Positions 14,541 to 46,700 of a stretch of DNA of 64,000 nt are shown one piece after another (the first letter of the stretch is position 1; each line of letters begins with the position of its first letter). Below the pieces are notes generated by a model. It did not search any database. It saw only the letters and a list, made by a program, of their open reading frames with translations, and had not been told where the DNA came from. The translations under genes were made by a program, and so were the position numbers. Origin of the DNA: Zootoca vivipara (lineage: Eukaryota); the NCBI RefSeq assembly GCF_963506605.1, contig NC_083281.1, positions 55,676,001 through 55,740,000 on the forward strand. The letters are read 5' to 3'.

Positions 14541-16499
14541 AGTTATGTAAATCTGCTTCAAGTTCCTTATATCCAATATCCAATCAGTTGATATACAAAG
14601 TTCAGTGTAATTTGACTTGAGACAGCTTTTCCTTTTTCACTGCATTTTTTTTATCAAGCATAAAGACTACTTGAGCTGCTGGGAAAATAGCTTATTTATT
14701 TCCTGGGGGGAAATTTTTGAAGGCAACATATTTTTGGCAAGCTATAATCTCTAGTTCCCTCAGTTGGAAACAATTGAGCATATAGGACACTCTCATCATT
14801 GAAAAAAATGCACATTTAATAATAATTTTTAAAACCCTTATTCTGAGTATATACCCTTTTATCACATCTGATCATGAATGAATCCAAATAAATATTGCCT
14901 AGTTCAAAATCTGGGTGTAAAAATCCATAGTTGCCGGTAATAGGTTTATAAATATTGGGAAAAGGTTTGTTTTTTAAAAAAATATGTTCTAAAGCCTGGA
15001 TGCCAACAGAGATGAAAGCAAAACAGTCGCACCAGTGATGCAAAGCTGAGATGGGTGCTGCTGTCATTTAGGAACGATCAAAGGCTGCCTGATCTAAAGA
15101 ACTTTCACTTTTCTTCTGGACACATTGGATATTTATGAAGGCTTTTTGTATTAAGTTGCAGAGGACATTTGTAATTTCTACTGCCCTGGTGTTTAAAACT
15201 TCACAAGCAATAAACTCCAAAACACCAGTTTCTTCATTTCCTGTAACTCTTGGTGGTTTAGCTCAGGACACCAGCAAGCAAAAGGCTAGGAGAAAGACTA
15301 GTTTGCCAGCACATCATGATCTGCTTTGTATTCTGAAGGTCTGGTGGTCAATTCCTCCAACATCTGGAGGGCCAGAGCTCTTCTATGCAATCAGTCTATA
15401 GTCCAATGAAGTATAGTGGAAATAGGATAAAGGTACAGGTGTAGCAAAACAAAAATTTATGAAATCTGTTTTGGAGCAAATTATATGAAGAACCACCTTC
15501 CCCTAGATGAATTTGCTCACACACTGTGCTCCAAATCAGATTTCTTCCTCCATGTCCCCTTGCTATCAGAAGTTTAGTTGAATGGGACATGACACATGAC
15601 CTTTATAGGCACCCAATTTGTGACATTTCATTTCCCAGCAAGCCCCAATTGACTCCTTCCTTAATAGTTTGCCAATGAATTGTAAATGATATTTTATTTG
15701 GCCAAGCCTTCATTTGGACTTTTAAGTATTCTCCGAAGTAAGTATATTTTAGCATGCTGTATACATGTTTTATTTCATTTATTGTATTTTGTTTTGAAAT
15801 CGTATGTCACCTTGGAAACTTATTTGGGCCATAAGACAAAATAAAAACAACTACAGTAGATAAATAAAATGGGTGATGTTTGCGAGAAGCTATAGTTCAG
15901 AAGTAGCCAATGTAGTCCAAAACATCTGGAGTGTACAACCCCCCTGAAGCTCAGTGGTTAGGATGGGAATTATAGTCCATAACATCTGGACGGCTCCATG
16001 TTGGCTATCCCTGGGGTAGTTCATTCTGTTGCACTGGTGTGATGTCCTGAATAACTTAACCAGCACTACATAATGGGCCCATGTTTGCTGTGAATACGCT
16101 TGCATAAGTAGAAGAAATAGGATTACAGCAAAAATCCCCCAACAAGCTGGTGTCAAAGCACCAAAAAGGGCTTAATAAAAATGTAAATGTATACAGGAAA
16201 AGTTGCCTATATGAAAACCACAGTACTTTATATTTTGTATCTAAACGGTAAACAGAGACCCTTTGTATGTGATCTTGTATAAATGCACATGGTCCATCAT
16301 TATGTATATTAGGGCTAAGGGTTCTTTTGAAATGCACATCTTTTTAGACTGAACAAACTGATTCTCTCCTCACTTCATCAGGGTTTCAAAGAAAACTGCA
16401 TTGTAATGCTTGTGATTTGTCATGAGTGCTGCTACAGTCCTGTTTACTAACAGCATGCCAAGCTACAAAGCTTAAATCTCACCACCCAAACTACTGGTA

Positions 16500-17725
16500 C
16501 CGTGTTTCCCCTTTTTTAAGACACCGTCTTATTGTTTTTTTTACTCAAAAAAACACACGGTGTCTTATTTTCAGGGGATGTCTTGTACCTTAAGGCCTCC
16601 TCGGAGGGGCCAGGCAGCTGGCTCGGGGTGCTGCTGGGCGCTCTGTGCGGCGCTGCAGCAGCAGCCGGTTCCAGGCACCAAGGCAGCTGCCTGTTCCGGT
16701 GGCGGGGCGGCAGGCAAAAAAGAAAAAAAGAGGCCAGGCTGCTGCAGGGCATTCCGAGCGCTTGGCACTGCGGAGCGCTCCGCTCTGCAGCTGCCTGTTC
16801 CGGTGGCGGGGCGGCAGGCAAGAAAGAAAAAAAAGAGGCCAGGCCGCTGCGCTCCGCCCAGGGCTGCAGGGCGTTACGAGCGCTCGGGGCTGCAGAGCGC
16901 TCCTCTCCACAGCTGCCGGTTCCGGTGGTGGGGCGGCAGAAAAAAAGGAAAAAAAGAGGTCAGGCTGCTGCAGGGTGTTCCGAGCGCTCGGCGCTGCGGA
17001 GCGCTCGGCTCTGCAGCTGCTGGTGGCGGGGCGGCAGGCAAAAAAAATAAAAACAAAGAGGCCAGGCCGCTGCGCTCCGCCCGGCGCTGCAGGGTGTTCC
17101 GAGCGCTCGGCGCTGCGGAGCGCTCCGCTCTGCAGCTGCCTGTTCCGGTGGCGGGGCGGCAGGCAAGAAAGAAAAAAAAGAGGCCAGGCCGCTGCGCTCC
17201 GCCCAGGGCTGCAGGGCGTTACGAGCGCTCGGGGCTGCAGAGCGCTCCTCTCCACAGCTGCCGGTTCCGGTGGTGGGGCGGCAGGAAAAAAAGGAAAAAA
17301 AGAGGTCAGGCTGCTGCAGGGTGTTCCGAGCGCTCGGCGCTGCGGAGCACTCTGCTCTGCAGCTGCTGGTGGCGGGGCGGCAGGCAAAAAAAATAAAAAT
17401 AAAGAGGCCAGGCCGCTGCGCTCCGCCCGGCGCTGCGGAGCGCTCCGCTCTGCAGCCGTCGGTTCCGGTGGCGGGGCGGCAGGCAAAAAAAAGAGAGGCC
17501 AGGCTGCTGGCTCAGGCGCTCCGTGCGCTCGCTGCTGCAGCAGCAGCCAGTTCCAGGCCCCTCTGGCTGCCTGGGTCCCGCTGGCTGGCTGGAGCGCTCG
17601 GCGGTCTCGTTCTACACGGCATGGAGGTATGCCTTATTTTCGGGGGGTGCCTTATGTTTCACTGAAACTAAAAAATGCTGCCATGGCTTACTTTTTGACT
17701 ACGTATTAAAAAAGGGGAAACACGG
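16500..17725. mobile_element. Non-autonomous Tc1/mariner (Tc2-like) transposon with internal GC-rich satellite
   Basis: Perfect 20-bp TIR CCGTGTTTCCCCTTTTTTAA; TA duplication at 16498-99 and 17726-27. Confidence 0.9.
16680..17510. repeat. GC-rich tandem array of ~90-122-bp units with ~346-bp trimeric higher-order repeat
   Basis: GGCGGCAGGC-A-tract-GAGGYCAGGC junction recurs 8 times; units three apart are ~346 bp apart and near-identical. Confidence 0.88.
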
Positions 17726-18024
17726 TACAGTATGTCATTATCCCCACCCTTTTTTGTCACCACCATCAAAATTGTTTGGGTCTTGTGGTTAACCACCCCT
17801 TCATCCCAGCTTAGTGAGAAGCAGTGAATTAACTCATAGAACAAATTGGCAGATTGTCACAATGGCTCAGCCATTAGTCCGCTGCAAAATGGCAGTTATT
17901 TTGTGCACTGCAAGGCAGCCATACAAACAAATTATTGTATATAAAGGTCAAAACATCCTTTGCCTCAAACCACAATTTGAGAATTGCCCTGCTTAGTAAA
18001 AAAAAAGCAATTCAACACTGGTAA

Positions 18025-21000
18025 AGCAGTCTTGGTTGGTGTTTATTGAAGCCATTAATTAAAGAACATGTCCTCATTTTTGCCAGCACTAGAAAGCAAG
18101 ATTCCACATGACTGCACCTGGTTAAAGCCATACAACTGGACTAAGGGTTGTGTTGGATACATCTGCAGTCCTCATTGGAAGTTAAAAACATCAATAAACT
18201 TAGTCATATAGGAGAGTGAACTTTCATTTACAGCATGGATATGGTTAAGTTCAGTCACTTTCAATGTAATTAAATTAAATAAAATACAACAAGTTCTGTT
18301 CAGTTTAAACAAGTTTTAAAATGCCAATAAAAAGTGCAAACTTTTAAAAAAAATCAAGCAGCATAAACATAGCATTTTGATGGAGGGCCAATCCTTAATC
18401 CTTTATATTTGCCTTCACTCTTCAAGTTGAATAGATTATTACTTTAAGTTTTAAACATGAACAGTAGGTGCAATCAATATACCGTATATAAATATAGCCA
18501 TGTAATAATTTTAACAGTCTACCATACAAGTGTATCCTGAAAAATAAAGTTAATTGTATTTTTTAAAATGTAAAGGCTTTTGCAGTTTGGCCTTTGGTTC
18601 CAATGCTTGAGAACACCAGAAAAGACAACTGTGCAGCTTTCCAAAGTTGCTAGACTTTGGCAACCAAAAAACACTACATTACTTACAGCTTTCTTCCTTT
18701 GAAAAACTAGGAGCATTCACTTGCAGTTTCCTTAAGTACTATCCGAGTAGAGGTGGGAAATCAACTTCTGTTTGAATCCAAGCACTCTTTTGCACAACTG
18801 GAAAGTGGTATGTTACTACTGGCTTTTGCTCATTTGCAGCAGTTCTAACATTCATTTTATGAAAATGAAGAAACAAAAACAAAAAAAACCCAGTAGCCAC
18901 TTGTACACATTATTGATATACAAAGTGAATTGTCTGCATAAATGACAAAAACATTAACAGAAAGAGGCAGTTGTGTACTGAAGGCTTGCATTGGAACCGC
19001 ATACCATCACAAAACACTTGCTTGTCCAACATACTTGTTTCCAATATATTATGCCTTATCTCTAGGCAGCCAAAATCAGCTCTAGACTGGCCAGCCAATC
19101 ATAAGGCTGGTTCTACTGGTTCTATGCCTTTTGCACATGTGGCAAGGAGATGGAGACAGTAGTAAAGTTCCCTCTGCTAGAACCCAGCATGAACATAATC
19201 ATCCCAACATGCCATGCACTTATGCATGGCATAAAATGTGCAGCTGCCTAACGGTATAATAAAGCTGTATGCCACGAGGACAGGATGTAAGTCACATCTG
19301 CTAGAGTGGCCACAGTTTTCTTTAACATGCATCTGGCAAATCATATGCCAGCAGAACCACACACCAAATTGCCCCAACCACAACTCGTCAATTTAAGATA
19401 CAGGCAACTGTGGATGTAACTGAGGTTCTGAAATTATAAAAATGTAAAAAAGTAAAGGAAAACAACAACACATAACTGGCACAAGTAAACATGCTTTTAA
19501 GTTAATGCAAGTAAATACTCTTAGCTTTCTAGATAGTGTTAGACAGACTTACAAAAACAAAGAGACGGCCTCTTGATGTAACACAGGGTTTGCAATTACA
19601 TCCAGTACTGTGTTAGTGGTCAATTTATTCTGTATATTTAACAATATATATATGTATGTATATATAAATATTAGGGGTGTTCTATTCAGAAACAAGATTA
19701 AGCATAACACACAAATCCTTATCAATAAAAAGTAAACTCTGCATAATTCATACGGTGGTTTTTTCCCTTCTGTGTGTTGATTACAAAGATGCTTAGTACT
19801 ATAACGCAAGGTAGTGTTTCTCTTTCAAATATATCGTACAGAAACTCAAAAGTGCCATTTCAGTTAACTGTGGGAGTCTTTCATAGCTCAAGCTGGCCAT
19901 GGGTAATTATTTGAGTAGCAATGAGGGACAATTGTAAAATTTCTTTCCACATTTAAAAGGCTACACTAAAGGGCTATAATGAAGTCATTAGTTTCTATGT
20001 TTTAACAATGTAAACCTACAAACACTAGTAATTTACTGCAAAGTGGAACAAAATTTTTGGGAGCCTATAAGAAAATTATTAAAGGTTTCACAAACCTTAA
20101 GGCAGGACTGAGTTTTCAGCTACTATAAGAAAGATTTGTATTTCATAATACATTTCATCAGGGAAAGTGATATGTCACTCATTGCTCTTAACAGGCCATG
20201 TGATTGGCATTTAGAAAAGGGGGGGGGGGAACCCAAGGCAGAAGCTATGAGAAATCAGGATTCAAAATTAAACATTACTATAAAAAGTTACTGAGTTATT
20301 CAAAGTAAAGTCAAACAAACAAAGACTGTTTGTACTACAGTGCACAAGAGGTTCAAGCACCTTCCAAAAGACATCAGTCACTGTGCCAGGCACTTGGTCT
20401 AATCAAGCTTCTCCCTGTGTCAGCTGTGACAAAAAGGGCACCCACCACATTTCATGTAGCTTCTTGTTAAAACAAAAACAAAAAATGCAATTTATAACAA
20501 GAAAAATTCCCATGATACTCAGCATATAAGCTTTGGACACTTTCCAATTGTAAAGGCTTTTGTTTTCAAAACATGATTATCTGATCTATATTCAACACAG
20601 GATGTATTAACACTGCTTTTCTCCAGTCTGTCCAACATACTTTTCACTTCTGAGTCAGATCTTGCATTTATTTTAAATGCAGCATCTTACACTCTCTTCA
20701 TCTAACCATCACCCGACTACACCAGATTCTCCCAAGTATAAATATGTTTTGAATGGCCAACTCCAGTATACTTGGAAAAGGGGACTTCATCCATCCTTAG
20801 TGCCAGCAGCCACTGGTGGCTTTTCAACAGGAATCCCGCATCTCACTTCTCTGTGCTCTTCCCTAGGAATTGCAGCTGCACCTTGTTTGCCACCCAAATC
20901 AAGAGAATTGCCCTATTTATATTCTAAAATGGTTATCTTGAAACAGGAATTTTATATGCAAATCTTCCTGAATGTGCACTTGATACTGGGACAAGCCAAT

Positions 21001-21130
21001 GAAGGTTAAATTTCATTTCCCCCTGCCCCAAGAAAAACTTATAGCATCTGCCATAGCAGAGAACTCCTGGTCTTATCAGATCAATGTACATAGTTATTTG
21101 GTCATTTACATATGCAGGTTCAAGCAATAA
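18025..21130 (-). other. DYNC1LI2: Probable DYNC1LI2 3' UTR (~3.1 kb)
   Basis: AT-rich stretch without recognisable TEs after the stop codon, ending near minus-strand AATAAA at 18047-18042; the end point is inferred. Confidence 0.6.
18042..18047 (-). terminator. Candidate polyadenylation signal of DYNC1LI2
   Basis: tttatt on plus = AATAAA on minus, at the end of the repeat-free UTR block. Confidence 0.55.
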
Positions 21131-40949
<19,819 letters not shown>

Positions 40950-42729
40950 CTTGCCAACGGCAGCCACCACAAAGAGTGACCTCATCCGCCCAGGCCCCGC
41001 CGAGAGGACCCCGCCTTTCCCACGCGCAGCACCGAGGACCTCGCCCGTCCTGCCCTGTGCCGGGTCGCCGCCACCGCCTCGGGGTCCTTTCTCCGCGCCC
41101 GACTCTCGTGGGCACGCTTGGCGCTTCCAGCAGCGGCTTCTCCGTGGGGCCAAGCGGCAGCTTCAAGGCGGAGCTCCTGCCCGACGAGGGGACGGGCGCT
41201 TCGCTCTAGTCAGGCAGCGTCCTGGACTCCTAAGGAGCGGTACCATATTCTGGACGATGAGTTCAAGCTTTTTGGGGCCGCCGCCCAGTGTTTGTGCGGA
41301 ACAGGGACCCCTAGCGGAGACGGAGAGCGGCGCAGACTCTGCCGGCTACGCCCAGGCTTCGTAAAAGAACGCGGCGCAATTGTCGAGGCAAAATCGATTG
41401 GAAAGCTTGCATGTTCACAAATTGTGTATCGCTTCTACACTCATAAGTGGAGTATAGGGAGGGATACTGTCACAGATGAGTTGTCCCAAAGGTGCTGAAA
41501 ACACCAGCTTCTGGGGAACAAGGGTGGGAGGGTGCTTCTGCGCTCGTCGTGATGTTTGCGGGCTTTCTTTAGGGCTGGCATCTGGTTGGCACGGTGAGAG
41601 CAGGCTGCAGGGCAATTCTTTGGTGAACATGCAATGTATGGAACAGCAAATACTGTATCCAGTATGGAACAGTCGCATCATGTCATAATAGATAGTGAGG
41701 TGCGAATTCAAGCCTGCGTTAAGTTTGTAAACTATACATGCAAAGTTCTCAAGGCAGCTGCCCATTTGATGGAATGATTTAGAATTCAAGTGACGACTTC
41801 ACCTTTTGATTGGGCGCAATACCAGCAAACATCACATTTACAACTGTCCCCGTAGGTAATCTCGTTTATCAGGACTATCCCTGTATGCAGCAGGGCATAT
41901 TAGGATTCAGACCTATGAATGACAGCTTCTGGCCTGACAGAGTTCCAAATCTTGGAGGATCATAAAGCCAACGCCCACCACAGGTGGCAGGGCACCACCA
42001 GCAGGGCAACCCAGGGGTTTTTGTGTCACTCACTCTCTTCAGGTTGCCCTGCAGGGCTAACTAGGGAAAGAGGTGATAAGGATTGCTCACCTCTGGATAA
42101 ATGCCACATGAAACTGGCCTTACTAACCCTGTGCAAGAAACAGGTTGTGCTGCGTATTTACTGCAGGGAGCAGGGAAAGGGACCAAGTTCTATTATTGTG
42201 GCAATTCTTATATTATTGGATATTATCATATTGCATTACTACTACACTTTATTATAATTGCACCTGAACTTAGACTGGGCACTCAGCTACATTGGCAAAG
42301 ACAAAACCCTAACCCGATTTCTCATACAAAGTTTGCAGCAAATTTAACTGAAACGCTTCTTTGATGTGTCTACTTCCAGCCTTGCACTTTTTCTTGTTCA
42401 TTCCATAGCAAAATATTTCTCAGAGTGGGTGCGGAGTTGAATTTGAGGGAATGGGGAGATATTGGTTGTAGAATATATATTTGAGTAAAATCAGAGGAGA
42501 GATAGGAAATGGGGGGGTGCCTATGGTTATACTGTAGCATAGTCTCAGGGGAACAGGGCACTGGAGGTTGGACATAGCAGATAAGGAAAAGATGGGATAG
42601 ATAGATGACAGATCTATCTTCTGATTCTTCCCCCAACCTATAGGATCTATGTTGCTCCATCATCCATCTGTTTAGAGATTTTTAAAATATCAAGCAGTAA
42701 AATTAATGCTTTTCAATAAATAAACCATT

Positions 42730-43310
42730 CAGCCTGATCAAGTCTGCAACCACCCACAATTTAATCTTGGATGAGGGAACTGACCTTCTGAAGAAGTGTG
42801 CATGCACACGAAAGCTCATACCAAAATAAAAACTTAGTTGGTCTTTAAGGTGCTACTGAAGGAATTTTTTTATTTTGACCTAATTATGTGTTACAGAAAC
42901 CTGGGTGGACAAGTTGGGGGTGTGATTGCTCTTACCCAGTTCTGTTCACCTGAGTATTTGGTTCAGAACCAGCATAGACTGATAGGGTGGGGGTTGTCAT
43001 GATCCACACAGATCCCATCTCCTTCACCAGGAGGGCCCATGTATTTGGAGAACAGATTTAAAGATATTGGATCAGAAACACAAAACTGGGATGCTACTGT
43101 TATACTATGGCACCCCACTGCCCAAAATTATCCCTGCCCAAGCTAGCAAAGTTGGTTTCTGGGGTGGTACAGGAGAACCCCAGCACTGTTGTTTTGGGGT
43201 ATTTAAACATTCAAATGGGGACCACCTTATGTAGAGCTGTTTGGGACTTCATGGCCACAACCACGGGGTTGTCCCCATACATCACTAATAGCAGCAATGG
43301 CAGGGAAGGA
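42730..43310 (+). mobile_element. Decayed L2 endonuclease (APE) fragment interrupted by a Penelope-like insert
   Basis: LILDEGTDL / CVTETW and TVVLGYLNI resemble the APE motifs ITETW and LGDFN. Confidence 0.7.
42787..42875 (+). mobile_element. Penelope-like pseudo-LTR fragment starting at a hammerhead core
   Basis: CTGAAGA-A-GTGTGCATGCACAC-GAAA-GCTC-ATACC, AATAAA, ...GGTCTTTAAGGTGCTAC; flanked by TGACCT duplication (42781-86, 42876-81). Confidence 0.8.
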
Positions 43311-43717
43311 TAAAAAGGGGGAAATCAGTTATACCTAAATGCTTTTATCCACTGAGAAGGTGAAATGCCCTAATAAACACAAAATGCATATTTAAAGTAT
43401 AATGATAAGCTTTAGCAATAAACTTGTTTTTTCATTTGCGTAGCATTTTCATATTTATTTTTAAAGAGCATTTATATCCAAAGCAAGTAAAAATACTGCA
43501 AGATAGAATAGTTACCAACTTTCTTGATTATACATATTGATAAATTATATACAAAATAAATTTACTGATTAAAAGGACTTATAGCACACAAAATAATCAA
43601 GTACAAAATGGAGTACCCTCTTAATAAAAATAATTATTACATTTTAAACAAACAAAAAAGAGCCAACTTGTATGATGATCCTGTTTCCTTGACAGAATGC
43701 ACGTAACTTATAAGATG

Positions 43718-43744
43718 TCATATGTTTTTCTTGTTTTTATTTTT
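43718..43744 (-). CDS. TERB1: TERB1 candidate terminal coding exon
   Basis: Strong acceptor ttctcttctctcacag, then KNKNKKNI*; minus-strand AATAAA at 43459-43454. Confidence 0.65.
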   Translation of the reverse strand, partial: KNKNKKNI

Positions 43745-46700
43745 CTGTGAGAGAAGAGAAAAAAAGGAAACCAGACAAGGCAAATGTCAGAGCATTGGCA
43801 CAGACAAATATTTGTTATCCAGTTGTGATTCATATGGCTATACAGGCTATACAGGTGAGAGGAAGGTGTGTGAGAGAAGAATATGGCTTTTTTAGAGCTC
43901 CTCCAGCTCTGCCAGAACTTTATGTTGTGTTAGCAGTCAGAGTCAACATTTGCTTACCGGTACCTGACAATTTATGTGACCCTGATAAGGGCGGTTTCTG
44001 CCATATGTTAGCTGCATGACCAACTGAGGAGAAAGCCAGAACCAGTTGCACTGAAAAGCAGAGCTGATGGGCTAGTTTTGGCAATGTACATCTTCAACTG
44101 ACAGCCCAGCAGACTCTCTTGTATGGAGAAGAAAATGTAAGCTGGGTGCAGAGGACAGGGAAGAGCTCCCAGGCTAGTTCTGGGAAGGAGGCATCCCAGG
44201 CTTGGAGCATCCACTTGTCAGGTGGCAATAGTAGTTTTGTGTAGAAAATTTCACAGGATGCCACAGTGCTGCTTTACATCTTGGATAACTTCCATCATCA
44301 AATGAGAAAGAAGCACTGGGCATAATTCCATTAAATGGGGGGAGCTAATCCAGGCCCACTCAACAGTTGTCTCATTGCTACAGTACAGATCAGGTCTCTC
44401 TGACTCCTGGTCAGTAACACTCTCCCTGCTGAAATACAAGAGGTTCCATTGGTATTGATATTTCACCAACTCTTGAAGACATACCTGTTTGGACAAACAT
44501 TTCCCTGCTACCCTGATTTGATTGCTGCTTTAACTGTTTTAGCTATTGTGCTTTTCTAATGGGCTTGCTTAGCTATATATTTTAATTATGTATGTTTTAA
44601 TGTAGTAGTTGTTGTGCTAATTATTTTAATTACAGGTTGCTGTATTTTAGGTGGCTTTATAGTATTCTTCTTATTTTGTTGTTGGCTTTTATTTGCTTGA
44701 GAATGGCTGCTTACCCGGTCACAGGGTGGGTGGCTGTTGCAGCCTGTTGCACCAGGCCCCTCCCCTTTGGGAGCAACATCGGAGCTATGCAGCTGGTTGT
44801 GGGGAAATTCCCAGGCCAGCCACTGGGAGATTGGTGGGCTTTCCCACCATAGGCTATTTGATTCCTGGGCAATCCAGCCGAGCCAGGGGGACTGGGTTTG
44901 GAGCCAATACACCCGACCCCAGGACAAATAAATGAAACATTTATTTGCTTGAGAACGGCCTTGGTATTTCTTCTTGAAATGAAATGTACTATCTAAATGC
45001 TTTTATTTTAATGGCCATTGGCTATATACAATAAAATTGATTGAAGTACAATCAATTAATAATATTGCAAAATACTATTGAGTCCCAGGGATGATATTTG
45101 GGTTTTAAATAACCTTACTTTCATAGTTTACACTTCCAGAAGTAAATGGCTACTTGGATTCAAGTTGTAGTTTTCAGTGTCATTACATCCTGAAAGCCAC
45201 TCCCATTGAAGGGGCAAGTGTCATTATTTGCATAGCCTTACCTCCAACACTAATGGATAACCACCATCCACTGAAGAGAAAGCATTTCCAAAACCAGCCC
45301 AATGGTTCTTTCCTTTCCTCTCATCCTATCCCAAAGCTGTAAAATACTAGCACAAAATTAATTTGAAATATTACCTGTAAGTGGTAGTATTTCTTAGCAA
45401 GGTCAACATTTGTCCTTCCCTTCTGAAACGGGTAAGTCCATAAAATTAAATTCCAATGATGGCCCATTTTCTTTACACCATCCAAAAGAAATCTTATTTC
45501 TTCTGATGTAAAATTTTTCCTAGTTCTCCGTTTGCTGTTTTCAAAAGTTGCTGCAGGTATATCTTGCAGATGAATATCAGTTTTCTGCATCATTAATGAA
45601 AACAGTACACATTTGGCAGATGTGCCAGAGCTCAATGGTAACATTCATACAAGGAAATAAAGAAGGTCCTATGTCCAGTCCCAAGCCCAACACAAGCATT
45701 GTACAGGTATGCATTTCCCCAAAGTGGGGGTACCAGAGCTTTGGTTAGGCTATTTCTTTGTTTGTTTATTAACAATAACTTGTGGTTTACGGATATCCTT
45801 TCATCAGTTATGAATAATATTTATCAGTGTGCTGAGGCCGGGTCTCAGTTTAGGCATTAATACTTATTAGAAATAACACTGTCATATGTACTAGAACATA
45901 TACACAAATGTTAACATACAGAACATTTGCCATTTAGGTGTCCATACCCCATCTTTAAATGAGAAAGCATGATCTTCATTCAGATCCTGGTGTTTAAGCC
46001 TGTGTTTCTGTTGGATTATTTGTTTCTTTGAATATGCGTCCTGTTTTGTTTGAAGATCTGCTGTTTGAAACAAAACATTTGCTTATTTAAAATTACTGTA
46101 AGTTATGGAAGACAAAGGACAGAACTAGATTTCATGAGAGAAATGCAGGGCTCCCCAAATCCTGTGTTTTCCATCACAGCTATGGGGAACTTTTGGGCCT
46201 TCCATATGTTGCTGATCTATGGCACTGGCTGTGCTTGTGGGGGCTGATGGAAGTTGTAGTTCAGCAACATCTGGAGGGCCAAAGGTTCCACATACCTGCT
46301 TTTTTATGATGCTAATGCTGGCATAGGCAGCCATTGTAGGGGAGATTTCGTGGGCAGGCTTAACCCTTTCCCCAGCTGCTTAGTCTTCCCTGCAAAGGTA
46401 TACCTGGACATGTTATTTTACTGCCCCTCCCCCCAGGTTTCATGACTAGTAGAAGCCTGATTGCAATGAAAAATGAACCAGGGAGAGCTCTGGGAGGAGG
46501 AAAATCAGCTAACTTGGGGGATCTATGGTTGAAGTCAGGAGATTACACATCCATTGAACTGAACTGAATTGAATATTGACATATATTTGCATTCTAATTG
46601 CTTCTTTTATTTCTTACATTTTCTCTTATTGTCTTTTATTGTATTATAATATAAATTATATGAAATATAATAAAATACAGTATATAAAAAATTAAAAGGC

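Noticed and set aside
16516-17709. Long overlapping ORFs as a possible transposase
   Set aside because: Low-complexity translation of the satellite; no DDE/D or HTH motifs seen.
45805-45920. Splice that would create an FLLMPKLR (F-x-L-x-P) motif for TERB1
   Set aside because: Needs a ~57-nt intron and runs into a stop with no donor before it.
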